Part shown: positions 29,837 to 40,594 of the stretch, piece by piece
Numbering within the stretch: position 1 is the first letter of the stretch
Layout: each line of letters opens with the position of its first letter
Assembly (NCBI GenBank): GCA_965215565.1
Contig: CBDCDZ010000004.1
Location: forward strand, 4,329,474 to 4,393,473
Length of the DNA: 64,000 bases
Direction: 5' to 3'
DNA from: Trueperaceae bacterium
GTDB lineage: Bacteria; Deinococcota; Deinococci; Deinococcales; Trueperaceae
The notes under the pieces: model-generated
Database searches by the model: none
What the model was told of the DNA's origin: nothing
Seen by the model: the letters and a program-made list of their open reading frames with translations, nothing else
Program-made: the position numbers and the translations under genes

Positions 29837-31452
29837 GTGTTGGACTCCTCCTTGAGCGCGCCCGTCACGCGGAAGTTGACGAGGCTCACGGCGATGGTAA
29901 TAAAGAAGATGATGAGCGAAATTGCCGAGGCGAGCCCGTACGCCGAGCCCCCCTGACTCTGAAAGGCTTCGTTGTACGCCCACGAGATCAAGATATCCGT
30001 GGAGCGCGCCGTCGAGGTGTAGCCCTCGACAAAGGGTCCGCCGCCCGTGAGCAAAAAGACCACCGCGAAGTTGTTGAAGTTAAAGGCGAAACCTGTGAGC
30101 GCAATCGGCACGAGCGCGGTGCGTAAAAGCGGCGCGGTTACGCCCGTAAAGCGCCGCCAAGCGTTCGCGCCGTCGATTTTGGCGGCTTCGTAGAGGTCAT
30201 TGGGAATCGCGGAGAGTGCGCCCAGCGTCGCCGTCATCATGAAGGGGAAGCCGAGCCACAAGTTGACGAGCAAAATCGCGCTCCGCGCCGCCCAGGGGTC
30301 GCCCAGCCAGTTGAGCGTCTCCAGGTCGAGCAGTGCCAAAATCCGGTTGATCGCGCCGAAGTTCGTGTTCAAAAAGCCCTTCCATACCTGAATCGTGATG
30401 ATGGGCGGCAGCGCCCAGGGAACGATGAGCAGGGTGCGGTAGAGGTTGCGAAGGCGCAGTTCGGGGTTGTTGAGGAGCACCGCCAAAAAGACGCCGAAGG
30501 CGATGTTGATGATCATGGTCAACACGGCGAAGGCGACGTTCCAGGTGAAAACAGGGATGAGCGTGCGGCTCGCTTGCCGCAAAATCGTGCTGAAGTTGCC
30601 GAAGCCGATGAAGCCGAAGTCGTTGTAGCGGGCGATCGCTTCGGGCTCCAAGTCTTCGGGTAGCGCCCTCGCTAACGTGATCGTATCGCCCTCGTTGCCC
30701 GCCATCGTGCGGGTGATGCCGGCGCGGTTAAGCGCGAGGCGTACGTTGCTGAGGTCAACCGCGTCGGGCGAAGCGTTGGCGAGAATGGGTGGGATACCCT
30801 GCAAGGTGAGGGTGTCGCCGTCACTGCTCGAGACCGACACCTGCACCGGAAAGCCCTGTACATTGAGCGTCGCCGTTTCGACTTCGCGCCCCTCGGGGAT
30901 CGCCTCTTCTAAAGTCAGCGTGTCCCCCTCCAAGCTCGCGCCTACCGCCTCTTGCGTCCCCGAGGCGTAGATGATGGCGCGCACCCCGTTACAACCGTTG
31001 CGCATCGCGCCGCAGTTAAAGGTGCGCGGGTTTTCGATCGTGATCGTCTCACCGTCGGCGCTCACCACATTCGTCGTCGAGGCGACGTTGAGCTGACCGT
31101 TGAGGCTGCCCGCGTAGTCTGTAAAAGCGAGCACCACCGTCAAAATAACCGGGAAAAAGGTGAACGTCAGCAGAAATAGAATGGCGGGCAAGAGATAGTA
31201 CCAGGGCATGATCCATTCGAAACGCTGCGCGATGATACTAAGCGCCGCGATCATCGCCGCAATGCCAAAGATGAGCCCCGTGTAGACGGGCGCGTCAGGA
31301 ATGATAAACTGCAGAAGCCAGTACCCCGCGACGCCTCCTAAAATACCGATGCCGATAGCGAGCGTCAGCAGCAGCAGCGAGAGCCACAAACTCGCCTGTA
31401 CACTTTTGGGACCCTTGGGTAAGAAGTCGCTTACCGAACGGGATAAATCCAT
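29833..31452 (-). CDS. malF: Maltose/maltodextrin ABC permease
   Basis: LYEAAKIDGA, FAFNFNNF, TDILIS. Confidence 0.88.
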   Translation of the reverse strand: MDLSRSVSDFLPKGPKSVQASLWLSLLLLTLAIGIGILGGVAGYWLLQFIIPDAPVYTGLIFGIAAMIAALSIIAQRFEWIMPWYYLLPAILFLLTFTFFPVILTVVLAFTDYAGSLNGQLNVASTTNVVSADGETITIENPRTFNCGAMRNGCNGVRAIIYASGTQEAVGASLEGDTLTLEEAIPEGREVETATLNVQGFPVQVSVSSSDGDTLTLQGIPPILANASPDAVDLSNVRLALNRAGITRTMAGNEGDTITLARALPEDLEPEAIARYNDFGFIGFGNFSTILRQASRTLIPVFTWNVAFAVLTMIINIAFGVFLAVLLNNPELRLRNLYRTLLIVPWALPPIITIQVWKGFLNTNFGAINRILALLDLETLNWLGDPWAARSAILLVNLWLGFPFMMTATLGALSAIPNDLYEAAKIDGANAWRRFTGVTAPLLRTALVPIALTGFAFNFNNFAVVFLLTGGGPFVEGYTSTARSTDILISWAYNEAFQSQGGSAYGLASAISLIIFFITIAVSLVNFRVTGALKEESNT

Positions 31453-31686
31453 CTCAACTCCTCTTTTTGCAGGAATCATCTAAGACGCGCTTGGTTGGAC
31501 CTTAGCCCGTGAAAGATGAATCCGCGCTATTTAAATGTAGAAAGTAAGAAACCTAACAGCAGCCTGTCGCATCTCAGTGTGGAGGAGCGTGCACAGAGGG
31601 TGTTTCACGCTTTTCTCTACTCGTTGTGTGCCCTAATAAAAATGCCAGGAGTTAGACTCCTGGCATGACCCGTATGACTAAACGCC

Positions 31687-32871
31687 TTAGTTCCCCTGAA
31701 TCTCGCTAATCGCGGTCTCTAGCGCCGCTTCGATGTTGCTGTCGGGGCTCTCTAAGATGACGGTCAACGCGGACGCCATCGGCTCCCAAACTTGACCCAT
31801 CTCCGGGATGTTGGGCATGGGCACCGCGTTCGCGAGCGCCTCGGAGAAGCCCGCGATGACAGGATCGTCCGCCACTTGCTCGGCTGCGCCCTGCGAGGAG
31901 GGGACGCGCCCGCTGCGGTTGGCTAGGTCCACCTGCGCTTCGGGGCGTGTGACCCACTTGGCGAAGTTCGCCGCTGTCGTCTTGTTCTGGCTGAACTCGT
32001 TCATCAAGATGCCTTGTACGCCCATGAAGCCGTTGAACTCGGTACCGTCCGCCATCGCTGGAATCGGTATCACCGAAACGGAGATGTTCTCGGGAATATT
32101 CGTCATCATCCAGGGACCGTTATAGATCATGCCGAGCTTGCCGTCCACAAAGAGCCCTTCGGCGACCTGCGTGTCGGTGTCAGCGGGGATGAGACCGTAC
32201 TCGTACTGTAAAGAGCGCATCAACTCTGCACCTTCGACTGAGCCCTCGTTGGCGAGACCTAAGTCGTTAGGTTCTAAGTCTCCGTTATCGCCCCTATCGA
32301 AGACGTAGCCGCCCAAGCTGTTGATCCAGACATACGAGAAGTAGAAGTTCTTGATGTCATAAAGAAAGCCGAAGTTGCCCTCACTCGTAAGGCTCTCCGC
32401 TTGGCTGATGAAGTCTTCGAAGGTAGCGGGCGACTCCGGTACGAGATCGGTATTGACCACGAGCGCCGGCCCCTCGACGTACATGGGTAGCCCGAACAAG
32501 CGGTTGTTAAAGGTAAAGGCTAAGAGCGCCTGCTCCGAGAGGTCTTCGCGGTACTGCTCGGTGGAGAACTGGCTCATGTCTGCGAGAACGCCGCCCGCCG
32601 CCATCTCACCAATTTGGTCGTGCGGAATCGGCACGATGAGGTCGGAGGCTTCGCCTTCGGGGGCGGACAGCAGCATTTTCTGCTTGATCTCACCCAAGTC
32701 AATGCGGGTAATCTGCACGGGCACACCGAAGTTTTGCTCGAAGGAGGCAGCTTGGCTCTGGAGCCACTCCAAGTCGGTGTCGCCGAAGTGCGTCCAAACG
32801 GTGACGGGCTGCTGCGCGAACGCCCCGCCTAACATGAACAACGTCGTAAGGAGAAGTGCTAATTTTTTCAT
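31687..32871 (-). CDS. malE: Maltose/maltodextrin-binding protein
   Basis: Signal peptide, PHDQIG, NGPW, MPNIPEMGQVW. Confidence 0.88.
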   Translation of the reverse strand: MKKLALLLTTLFMLGGAFAQQPVTVWTHFGDTDLEWLQSQAASFEQNFGVPVQITRIDLGEIKQKMLLSAPEGEASDLIVPIPHDQIGEMAAGGVLADMSQFSTEQYREDLSEQALLAFTFNNRLFGLPMYVEGPALVVNTDLVPESPATFEDFISQAESLTSEGNFGFLYDIKNFYFSYVWINSLGGYVFDRGDNGDLEPNDLGLANEGSVEGAELMRSLQYEYGLIPADTDTQVAEGLFVDGKLGMIYNGPWMMTNIPENISVSVIPIPAMADGTEFNGFMGVQGILMNEFSQNKTTAANFAKWVTRPEAQVDLANRSGRVPSSQGAAEQVADDPVIAGFSEALANAVPMPNIPEMGQVWEPMASALTVILESPDSNIEAALETAISEIQGN

Positions 32872-33095
32872 CTAACATCCTTTCTTGAAACCTGGTCTAT
32901 AAAGCTTATCCTACTTGACCCAAGTCGTCGCTAGCAGACAGCGTCGCTATTCTCTATCTACCTCTAACGGTTTTGGGTTCGCCTCGAGCCCACCTCAACA
33001 AGCCGCAGTTGTGACAGCGCGGTACTAAAACGCTCTACAATCTGACGAAACCTTGTGTACGTTGAGAAGACTCTCGAGCTGTGATACTAAAACGC

Positions 33096-33124
33096 AGTTT
33101 ACCGTGCATGTGGGGGGTTGTCCA
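33096..33124 (-). promoter_or_regulatory. Putative malE promoter
   Basis: TGGACA-N17-TAAACT on minus strand. Confidence 0.5.
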
Positions 33125-33195
33125 GTCTTTCACATAATGTTTTGGAAGCCCTGAGCTTCACACTTTCTTCAGGTCTCATTCACGCAGCAGTTACA

Positions 33196-33306
33196 TAGCA
33201 GGTATCATCTGGTTTGAGACACTCTCACTGTAGAAAACACTGTTTAGCACGCACTTTGTAAGATGATATCTGCGGCACTCTGTCTCAGTATGTTTTGGAA
33301 GTGCTA
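33196..33306 (+). mobile_element. MITE-like family A copy
   Basis: TAGCAGGTATCATCTGG...GGAAGTGCTA. Confidence 0.8.
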
Positions 33307-33330
33307 ACATAACGAACTAGGATAAACGAA

Positions 33331-33396
33331 CGCAGGCATCATCTCTGAGTGTGCGTGCTAGACTGTGTTCTTCACAGTGAGCGTGTTTGTGACCAG
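33331..33396 (-). mobile_element. Partial family A copy
   Basis: Reverse complement contains CTCACTGTGAAGAACAC...AGCACGCAC...GAGATGATGCCTGC. Confidence 0.65.
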
Positions 33397-33521
33397 CTCC
33401 GAACGTGTTCACGAAGTCGCTAGCGGGACGCGACCACGCGCGTTACGAAGTTTTCGCACTTGCGAAACGCGGAGCCTTGTGAGACAGACTTTGATTGAGC
33501 GAAGCTATACGAAGTAACTTA

Positions 33522-33633
33522 TAGCAGTTCCATTTATCGTTGCTACACTTCTTCGCAGATATCATCACAATCAAGTGCGTGCTAAACAATGTTCTCTTCG
33601 GTGAGGGCGTAGCTGACCAGATGATACCTGCTA
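33522..33633 (-). mobile_element. MITE-like family A copy
   Basis: TAGCAGTTCC...CCAGATGATACCTGCTA. Confidence 0.8.
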
Positions 33634-33653
33634 TGTATGTTAGCTTAGCTCGC

Positions 33654-35486
33654 ATGGACACGTTCGCTTTTCATTCTCCCGCCGAAGGTCTCTCCCGTCA
33701 AGATGAGAGGTGGCGCGTCACGCTCCAGCTACCGCGCAAACTCAACGTTGAAACCGCCTGGGTCCGCAGTGAGCCCGACAACGAAGAGTTTTTAAGCCCG
33801 CTGACGCGCCAAAAAATAGAGGGTGCCTGGGCGTTTTACGAGGGCGAACTGCGCCTCAACCGAGCCGAAGAGGTCACGCTCTACGCCTTTAAGTTTCTCG
33901 TGGACGGTTATCAGCACTGGCTCGCACAGGGTGGCGTCTCACCCTACTTTCCCGAGCGCGACGTGCACTTTCGCCTCAACCCCTCGTATGAGCCTGCTCG
34001 CTGGGTCTGGTCTTCAGTGTTCTACCAAATTTTCCCCGAACGCTTTTGTGATGGCGATCCGAGCAACAACGTCACGGACGGCGAGTACCTTTACGAAGGA
34101 GAGCCCGTCGTCGCCAAAGAATGGGGCGAACTGCCTGAGCGCTCTCAAGGACCGCGCGAATTTTACGGCGGAGACTTGGCGGGCATCCGTCAGAAGCTGC
34201 CCTACTTGGAAGACTTAGGCGTCACAGCGCTCTATCTAAACCCTATCTTCGTGTCGCCCTCGAGCCACAAATACGACACGGTGGACTACCTCAAGGTGGA
34301 CCCGCACTTCGGCACGAACGAGGCGTTCGCCGAACTCTGCGGTGACCTGAAAGAGCGCGACATGCGCATTATCCTCGACGCCGTCATCAACCACACCTCC
34401 GAACGCCATCCCTGGTTCGACCGCTACGGCGAGTACGACGAGGCGGGCGCGTACGGTTCGGCGGAGGCGGCGACGAGAGAGTTCTACACCTTTTACGACG
34501 AGGAGCCCGAGGCGTATCACGGCTGGGTAGGCGTCGAGACGCTCCCCACGCTCGATTACAACGCCCCCGAGTTGCGCAGGCGCATCTACGAGGCCGACGA
34601 CGCGGTGTTGCGCACCTGGCTCAAGCCACCCTATGAGATCGACGGCTGGCGTTTCGACGTGCTGCACATGTTGGGTGAGGGCGACGGCGCGCGCAACAAC
34701 GCCGAATACGTGCGCCACTTCCGCCGCACCTTACGCGAGGAAAACCCCGAAGCCTACATGTTAGGCGAGCACTTCTACGAGGCGACGAAATGGCTCCAGG
34801 GCGATCAGGAGGACGCCGCTATGAACTACGACGGCTTCGCCCGCCCGCTCTGGGCGTTCTTCGCCGAAACTGACCACAAGAGTCATCCGGTCAAGATCGA
34901 CGCGGCAACGTTGGACGCGGTCATGACCCGCTCGCGCGCCCGCCTCCCTTTCGAGATTCAGCTCTCGCAGTTCAATCTCTTGGGCTCACACGACACGCCG
35001 CGTTTCTTGACGCGCGTGAAGGGCAACCGTGACCTCATGAAAGCCGCCGTGACCCTCCTTTTTACCTACATCGGCGTGCCGTGTGTCTACTACGGCGATG
35101 AGGTTGGTCTGGAGGGCGGCGACGACCCGGACTGCCGCCGCACCTTTCCTTGGGATGAGGCGGCGTGGGACAAGGATTTAAGAGGTCACGTTCAAACGCT
35201 CATCGCCTTCCGCGAGACACATGAAGTTTTACAAAGAGGTGCGTTGGTAACGCTCTACGCCGAAGGGGACGTCTATGCGTTTGCGAGAGTTTTAGGTAGT
35301 GGTGTCGCGATCACCGTTGTGAATAGGGGAGAAGAGGTCAGCGTCTCTTTGCCTGTTTGGACGTTGGGTTTAGACGATGTGGCGCTGACCTCTTTACTGA
35401 ACGACCAAAAGATTGAGGCTGAAGAGGGAAAGCTTGAGCTTCATCTGCCCAAACACTCGAGCGTCGTCCTTCACAACCTTGGTTAG
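33654..35486 (+). CDS. malZ: Maltodextrin glucosidase (GH13)
   Basis: FYQIFPERF, GWRFDV, GEHF, LGSHD, YYGDE; TAGCTT 7 nt before ATG 33654. Confidence 0.85.
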   Translation: MDTFAFHSPAEGLSRQDERWRVTLQLPRKLNVETAWVRSEPDNEEFLSPLTRQKIEGAWAFYEGELRLNRAEEVTLYAFKFLVDGYQHWLAQGGVSPYFPERDVHFRLNPSYEPARWVWSSVFYQIFPERFCDGDPSNNVTDGEYLYEGEPVVAKEWGELPERSQGPREFYGGDLAGIRQKLPYLEDLGVTALYLNPIFVSPSSHKYDTVDYLKVDPHFGTNEAFAELCGDLKERDMRIILDAVINHTSERHPWFDRYGEYDEAGAYGSAEAATREFYTFYDEEPEAYHGWVGVETLPTLDYNAPELRRRIYEADDAVLRTWLKPPYEIDGWRFDVLHMLGEGDGARNNAEYVRHFRRTLREENPEAYMLGEHFYEATKWLQGDQEDAAMNYDGFARPLWAFFAETDHKSHPVKIDAATLDAVMTRSRARLPFEIQLSQFNLLGSHDTPRFLTRVKGNRDLMKAAVTLLFTYIGVPCVYYGDEVGLEGGDDPDCRRTFPWDEAAWDKDLRGHVQTLIAFRETHEVLQRGALVTLYAEGDVYAFARVLGSGVAITVVNRGEEVSVSLPVWTLGLDDVALTSLLNDQKIEAEEGKLELHLPKHSSVVLHNLG

Positions 35487-35493
35487 AACTGGT

Positions 35494-36606
35494 TCAAATC
35501 AAACTGATGTACCTGCCGCCCGGAAGCTGCTTGACGACGCCCTGCAATTCCAGAAGCGTGAGCGTCGGCAAGAGGTCGGCGGTGGTTTTCCCCGTCGCGC
35601 TCATCAGATCGTCGAGTAGGGGAGAGCCGCGCTCCTGGATGGCTCTAACGAGGCTACGTCCTGGCTCTTCTAGAGAGGTTAGAGGAACGGCGTTTTCTTT
35701 TGTATTTGCCTCGCGCCAGCCGAACTCTTGCAACACATCGCCCGCGCTCTGCACCATCGTCGCGCCCTGCTTTAAGAGCGCTAGCGTGCCCGCCGCTTTG
35801 CTGTCGCCGACTCTGCCAGGGACAGCAAATATGGTGCGCCCTTCCTCGAGTGCGAACTCCGCCGTGATGAGCGCGCCCGACTTGAGCCCGCCCTCCACGA
35901 CCAAGACGCCTTTGGATAGTCCATTGATAATTCTATTGCGCCCCGGAAAGTTCGTCGCGCGCGGACCGCTGCCTATTCTATACTCGCTGACAACCGCACC
36001 GTGAGCGTCCAGAATCTCTTCGGCTAACCTCTGGTTCTGACGCGGATAAATCACGTCTACGCCCGAGCCGAGCACCGCGACGGTCTGTCCACCCTCGCTT
36101 TGCACCGCACCCCTATGCGCTGCGCTGTCCACGCCGAGCGCCAAACCGGAGACCACCACGACGCCCGCTCGCGCCAAGTCCTTGCCAAAGTTGAGGCTCA
36201 GATTGAGCGCGTACTGGCTCGCGTTGCGCGTGCCGACGATACCGACGGCTTTAGTCTGAGAAAGCGCGGGCGGCAGCGTTCCGCGTATATAGATCAAGGG
36301 CGGAGGGTCATAGATATTTCTTAAAGATTCGGGGTAGCTGGGGTGCTCGAGGTGCAAAAGTGTAATACCGAGGCGTCCGGCGCGCTCTATCTCCTTCTCG
36401 ACCTCTTCGCTGATTTTTGTGGAGGCTCGAGCCGCTACGAGCGACGCAATCAGCTTAGGACCCACACCCTCAACCTCTTTTAGTGCGTCCGGCTCCGCCT
36501 CCAAAACCGCCCTCGCCCCGCCGAAATGCTCACCTAGCACCTTGATTTTGCGCGGACCTAGACCGGGGGTGAAAGAGAGGAAGAGAAAAGCCCTGAGCGC
36601 GTCCAT
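35494..36606 (-). CDS. dprA: DNA-processing protein DprA
   Basis: IVGTR, VSGLALGVD, FPGRNRII, SGALITA. Confidence 0.95.
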   Translation of the reverse strand: MDALRAFLFLSFTPGLGPRKIKVLGEHFGGARAVLEAEPDALKEVEGVGPKLIASLVAARASTKISEEVEKEIERAGRLGITLLHLEHPSYPESLRNIYDPPPLIYIRGTLPPALSQTKAVGIVGTRNASQYALNLSLNFGKDLARAGVVVVSGLALGVDSAAHRGAVQSEGGQTVAVLGSGVDVIYPRQNQRLAEEILDAHGAVVSEYRIGSGPRATNFPGRNRIINGLSKGVLVVEGGLKSGALITAEFALEEGRTIFAVPGRVGDSKAAGTLALLKQGATMVQSAGDVLQEFGWREANTKENAVPLTSLEEPGRSLVRAIQERGSPLLDDLMSATGKTTADLLPTLTLLELQGVVKQLPGGRYISLI

Positions 36607-36700
36607 GAGAGGACATCGTAGCAGGGCAAACGTGCGCGTGGAGGTGAAACGCTCACGAGAAGGGCAGAATTCAGTAGTCAGCGTAAAGAGCTACTGACTA

Positions 36701-36832
36701 TAGCAATTAACATAAGTACTGATTGGAATAGCGCAAGTATCATTCTCAAATGTGCGTGCTACACGGTGTTCTATATCGTGAGAGCGTTGCTCCGCAAAAC
36801 TTACGTACACTCAAACCAAATGATACTTGCTA
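36701..36832 (-). mobile_element. MITE-like family A copy with ~20-nt insertion
   Basis: TAGCAATT...CTCAAACCAAATGATACTTGCTA. Confidence 0.7.
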
Positions 36833-36847
36833 TACTGATACCCGTTG

Positions 36848-37795
36848 TTAAGCTGGCGTGAACCTATACTCCTCACCGACTTGTGCGATGTAACCCAGTC
36901 CGGGAAAGGCGAAGTGATAGGCGAAGATGCGCGTGCCGTCGCTCGAGGCGCGGTTCAGGATGTCGCGGCGCGTCTCGGCAGCTTGCTCCGGGTTTCCATC
37001 AAACGCGAACGCCCAGTCGGGGTGCAGGGGCGAAATCAGCGCGTGGGTGGCGGTGTCGGCGATATGCAAGACGCTCTCGTCACCCGAGCTAACAATGAAA
37101 TTCATGTGTCCCGGCGTGTGTCCAAAGGCTTCGACTGCCTCTACACCGCTCACGACTTCATCGCCGCCGCTGTAGTACGTGATTTGATTCGCGTCTACAG
37201 CGGGCTGCAGCTTCTCGAGCGCGGTCTGCGCTCCGTCGTTATCTTCGGGTGCACTCTGCAAAAAGTCCCATTCCGCTTGCGAGAGGTAGTGCATGGCGTT
37301 CGGAAAGGTGAGCGTCCCCTCACTCGACATGCCCGAGATGTGATCGCCGTGATAGTGCGAGATGATCACGTTGCTAACGTCGCCGGGTGAGACGCCGAGG
37401 GCTTCTAACGTCGGTACGAGGTTTTGCCCGGTGCCCGTGTCGATGAGGGTGTAGTCGCCACCCATGTTAAGGAGCATCACGTTCGCCGTGCCGCTGATGA
37501 CGTCAGTAGGCAGGTTGTACTGCCCCAAAAGCTCGCCTACAGCGCCCTCGGGTGCGCCGCCACCGTACATGGAAGGCTGCAACTCCAAGGTTGTCTCTTG
37601 AAACACGGTGACTTGTGTGTCACCGAGTTGGAAGCGTTCTAGGGCGAGGGGGAGAGAGGGACCTCCGCCCGATGCACCGCCAGTATCTTGTGCGCTCACC
37701 ACTCCTAAATTCGCAAGGCTCGCGCCGAGCGCGCCTGCGCCTAGCCCTTTGAGAAGCTTTCGGCGAGACAAGGGACGTTTCGTATCTTTAGACAT
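36848..37795 (-). CDS. Tat-exported MBL-fold metallo-hydrolase
   Basis: SRRKLLK twin-Arg signal, HYHGDH, GHTPGH. Confidence 0.88.
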   Translation of the reverse strand: MSKDTKRPLSRRKLLKGLGAGALGASLANLGVVSAQDTGGASGGGPSLPLALERFQLGDTQVTVFQETTLELQPSMYGGGAPEGAVGELLGQYNLPTDVISGTANVMLLNMGGDYTLIDTGTGQNLVPTLEALGVSPGDVSNVIISHYHGDHISGMSSEGTLTFPNAMHYLSQAEWDFLQSAPEDNDGAQTALEKLQPAVDANQITYYSGGDEVVSGVEAVEAFGHTPGHMNFIVSSGDESVLHIADTATHALISPLHPDWAFAFDGNPEQAAETRRDILNRASSDGTRIFAYHFAFPGLGYIAQVGEEYRFTPA

Positions 37796-37812
37796 GCGTT
37801 TCCTCCTTATTA

Positions 37813-37923
37813 TAGCAGGTATCATCTGGTTTGAGCCAATCTCACGAGATAGAACATTGTATAGCACGCACTTTATGGGATGATACCTGCGTGATTCAAG
37901 CTCAGTACTTCTGATAACCGCTA
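37813..37923 (+). mobile_element. MITE-like family A copy
   Basis: TAGCAGGTATCATC...GATGATACCTGC...AACCGCTA. Confidence 0.75.
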
Positions 37924-38014
37924 TGATTTACCTTTCGTACCGTAACGTCAGAGAAGAGAAAGAACCGTATTGAGTGATACGGCTGGGGCCTTGAGCGACA
38001 CTTGAGCGCCCACG

Positions 38015-38554
38015 TTAGTTTTCCAAAAGTGCCTGTACGAGTGGCACAGTCTGAGTAACGATGCGCTCTATATCAGCGGTAGCTAAAGGTTCGCTACGAA
38101 TTACTTCACGCATGAGGGCGACACCTAAAAGCTGCGCCGCCACAAGGCTCGCTCTCAATTCTTTGTCTTTGCCTGTCATGAGGCTCGAGAGTGGCGCGGT
38201 GAACCGGTCTTCTATGTTCTCGCGCAGTAGCGCGCTCGCCTGCTCGTTCGCTGCCGAACGCAACAGGGCCAAGAGCGGATCGAAGTCACGCTTATTTAAG
38301 ATATAGCGCACTAAGGCTTCACCGAGCTGTTCACGCGGCATTGCAAGGAGCGCGCCAAGGTCAACCTTTTGCGTCACCGCCTGTTCAAAAAGCGCCTCTT
38401 TGGAACCGAAGTAGCGAATGACCAAAGCGACATTGACCCCGGCAGCCTCAGCGATGTCGCGCACGCCGACCTGCTCAAAGCTCTGAGCGCTGAAATGCTC
38501 ACGCGCTGCGCTGAGGATAGCGGCTTCGGTGGCTTCGCGCTTGGTTCTGTACAT
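38015..38554 (-). CDS. TetR family regulator
   Basis: VRDIAEAAGVNVALVIRYFGSKE. Confidence 0.92.
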   Translation of the reverse strand: MYRTKREATEAAILSAAREHFSAQSFEQVGVRDIAEAAGVNVALVIRYFGSKEALFEQAVTQKVDLGALLAMPREQLGEALVRYILNKRDFDPLLALLRSAANEQASALLRENIEDRFTAPLSSLMTGKDKELRASLVAAQLLGVALMREVIRSEPLATADIERIVTQTVPLVQALLEN

Positions 38555-38619
38555 GCTCGACCCCTCTAACTTTAAGAATAGCACGTCTCTCTCGCCGAAA
38601 TAAACAACCGTTGACAAAG

Positions 38620-38665
38620 TGTAAGCGGTTGTTTACAGTAAGTTTGTAAGCGAACGTTTACAAAC
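38620..38665. promoter_or_regulatory. Two palindromic TetR operators
   Basis: TGTAAGCGGTTGTTTACA and TTTGTAAGCGAACGTTTACAAA between divergent tetR and SDR. Confidence 0.75.
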
Positions 38666-38674
38666 TGAAAGGAT

Positions 38675-39526
38675 GTGAACGAGGTGGTCAAAGAAAGAGA
38701 TAAAGTCGCCCTGGTGACGGGAAGTTCGTCGGGGATCGGTTTAGCAGCCGCTACAATGCTTAAAGAGGCAGACTTCACGGTCTACGCCTCGGCGCGGCGA
38801 GCCGAGTCCTTGCATGATTTGCAAAAGAGAGGGTTTCGCACGGTGCAACTCGACGTGACGAATGAAGATTCGATGCGACACGCAGTAGCGCACATCGAGA
38901 AAGAGCACGGCGCGGTGGACGTGCTCGTGAATAACGCGGGCTACGGGCAGAACGGACCTCTCGAGGTGCTGCCCCTAGACGATATTCGGCGGCAGTTCGA
39001 AACCAACGTGTTTGGACTCTTGCGGCTCTCTCAACTCGTCTTACCTGGAATGCGCTGCAAGGGGTGGGGGCGCATCATCAACGTGGGCTCCATCGGCGGC
39101 ACGTTCGCCACGCTCGGGGCGGGCGCGTATCACGCTAGCAAGTTTGCCGTGGAAGCCTTTTCGGACGCACTACGAGCCGAGGTGGAAGCTTTCGGGATAG
39201 ATGTTTCTCTTATCCAGCCAACAGGCGTCTACACAGGTTTTGAAAAAGCGATGTCCACGGGTTATCCAGAGGTATCGCCGGATAACCCCTACTATACTTT
39301 CACCGAGAACCACAAAGAAGCGTCAGCAGCGGTCTTTCAGGGGCGGAATACGGCGGGCGTCGTGAGCGCGGAAAGGGTCGCGCAGAAGATTCTCCGCGCA
39401 GCCACCGTCAAGCGTCCGCGCACGCGCTACAAGGTTGGCGCGAGTGCCCACGTGCTCTTCCATGCGCGCCGTTTGTTGTCTGACCGTGCTTGGGACAAAG
39501 TAACGCGCTCGCAGTTTCCCATGTAG
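38675..39526 (+). CDS. SDR oxidoreductase
   Basis: TGSSSGIG, NNAG, YHASK. Confidence 0.92.
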   Translation: MNEVVKERDKVALVTGSSSGIGLAAATMLKEADFTVYASARRAESLHDLQKRGFRTVQLDVTNEDSMRHAVAHIEKEHGAVDVLVNNAGYGQNGPLEVLPLDDIRRQFETNVFGLLRLSQLVLPGMRCKGWGRIINVGSIGGTFATLGAGAYHASKFAVEAFSDALRAEVEAFGIDVSLIQPTGVYTGFEKAMSTGYPEVSPDNPYYTFTENHKEASAAVFQGRNTAGVVSAERVAQKILRAATVKRPRTRYKVGASAHVLFHARRLLSDRAWDKVTRSQFPM

Positions 39527-39772
39527 CCTGAAGGGTCGCGCAAAAAAAGAGCACCACCGTGGTGACGGGTGCTCTTAGAATACTCCATCCTGAAAAGATA
39601 GGAGTAGAGGTTGGTGCGCGGTTGCCTCGCCCGCGTTTCGTACCTTTTTACGCTTACGCGCCGAGCGTAGTACGAACTCGAGCAAGCATTATCCCATTGC
39701 CGCTTGCTAGGGCCTCCCGGTTACGGTTAAGAGAGCGCTACCTCTCCGTTGCCAGGTACCTCAGAGCTTCCT

Positions 39773-40009
39773 CTATCTACTTACGTAGAAGAGGTTGCGA
39801 ATTTCCTCACCTTCGAGGAAGTATCTTACGTGGATACTTATCTCGTCGATAAGGGCTTCGCTAAGCCCCAAATGACCAGTGAAGTGACGCACTAGATTCA
39901 AGTCACTGTCAAACTTGGCCTGATACCCAATTAGGGTATCGCCTTGTTTGATAGTGACGATGAACCTTTCTGCATCACCATCATCACTAGTCACGCTGAA
40001 AAAGTTCAT
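39773..40009 (-). CDS. Hypothetical protein
   Basis: GGAG RBS before ATG 40009; 78 aa. Confidence 0.5.
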   Translation of the reverse strand: MNFFSVTSDDGDAERFIVTIKQGDTLIGYQAKFDSDLNLVRHFTGHLGLSEALIDEISIHVRYFLEGEEIRNLFYVSR

Positions 40010-40186
40010 AGCCTTCTCCAACATGTGCCACACACTCGGTCAAGGGCGGTGTGACGTCTCCCTAGCGGTAGTGTAGAAGAAAAGAGGTGCGCGGATTGGC
40101 TTAACTGGACGCGGCGGCTCGAGGCGGAGTAAGCTGCGAGTATCAACGTCAACCGCGTTGATACTGTTGTATACGAATAAAGTAAA

Positions 40187-40594
40187 ATGAGTAACAAAAA
40201 ATCTGACGGTGTGCGCGAAGCTGTCTTCGCAATCTTTTTGATTCCTTCGTTGCTTGTAGTTTTCGGCGTCAGAGCGAGCCTAACGATCCTCGTTAGCTCT
40301 GCTGGTGCGCTGATATTCGCAAGTATCGTCGTGGTGATCGTCGAGCATATGCTCGAGCGCTTCGCCCTGCGAAAAGAGCAGCGTGAACAGCGCCGCGCGC
40401 TTTGCGCAGTGCCCCTGCGAATAGCCCTCAGGAGCACGAACCCCGCCTTGCAAGCGGCTGCGCTCTCTGCCGTCCAGCGCCTCGGCTTCACGTCAGCGGC
40501 GCTCGAGGAGGTGTACCAGAACTACACCTTCGAGCAGCTCCTAGAGAGTGCTGAGCCTGAGGACGACTCGGGGACCACCCTCGAGTCCGACTAA
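40187..40594 (+). CDS. Hypothetical two-TM protein
   Basis: Hydrophobic N-half; followed by terminator at ~40620-40652. Confidence 0.6.
   Translation: MSNKKSDGVREAVFAIFLIPSLLVVFGVRASLTILVSSAGALIFASIVVVIVEHMLERFALRKEQREQRRALCAVPLRIALRSTNPALQAAALSAVQRLGFTSAALEEVYQNYTFEQLLESAEPEDDSGTTLESD

Noticed and set aside
33540..33653. N-terminal extensions of malZ, MBL (37796-37867) and pilT in the ORF track
   Set aside because: They run through MITE or promoter sequence; better starts lie downstream
40080..40140. AGAGGTGCG resembling a lysine riboswitch start
   Set aside because: Remaining conserved elements absent and no lysine-related gene downstream
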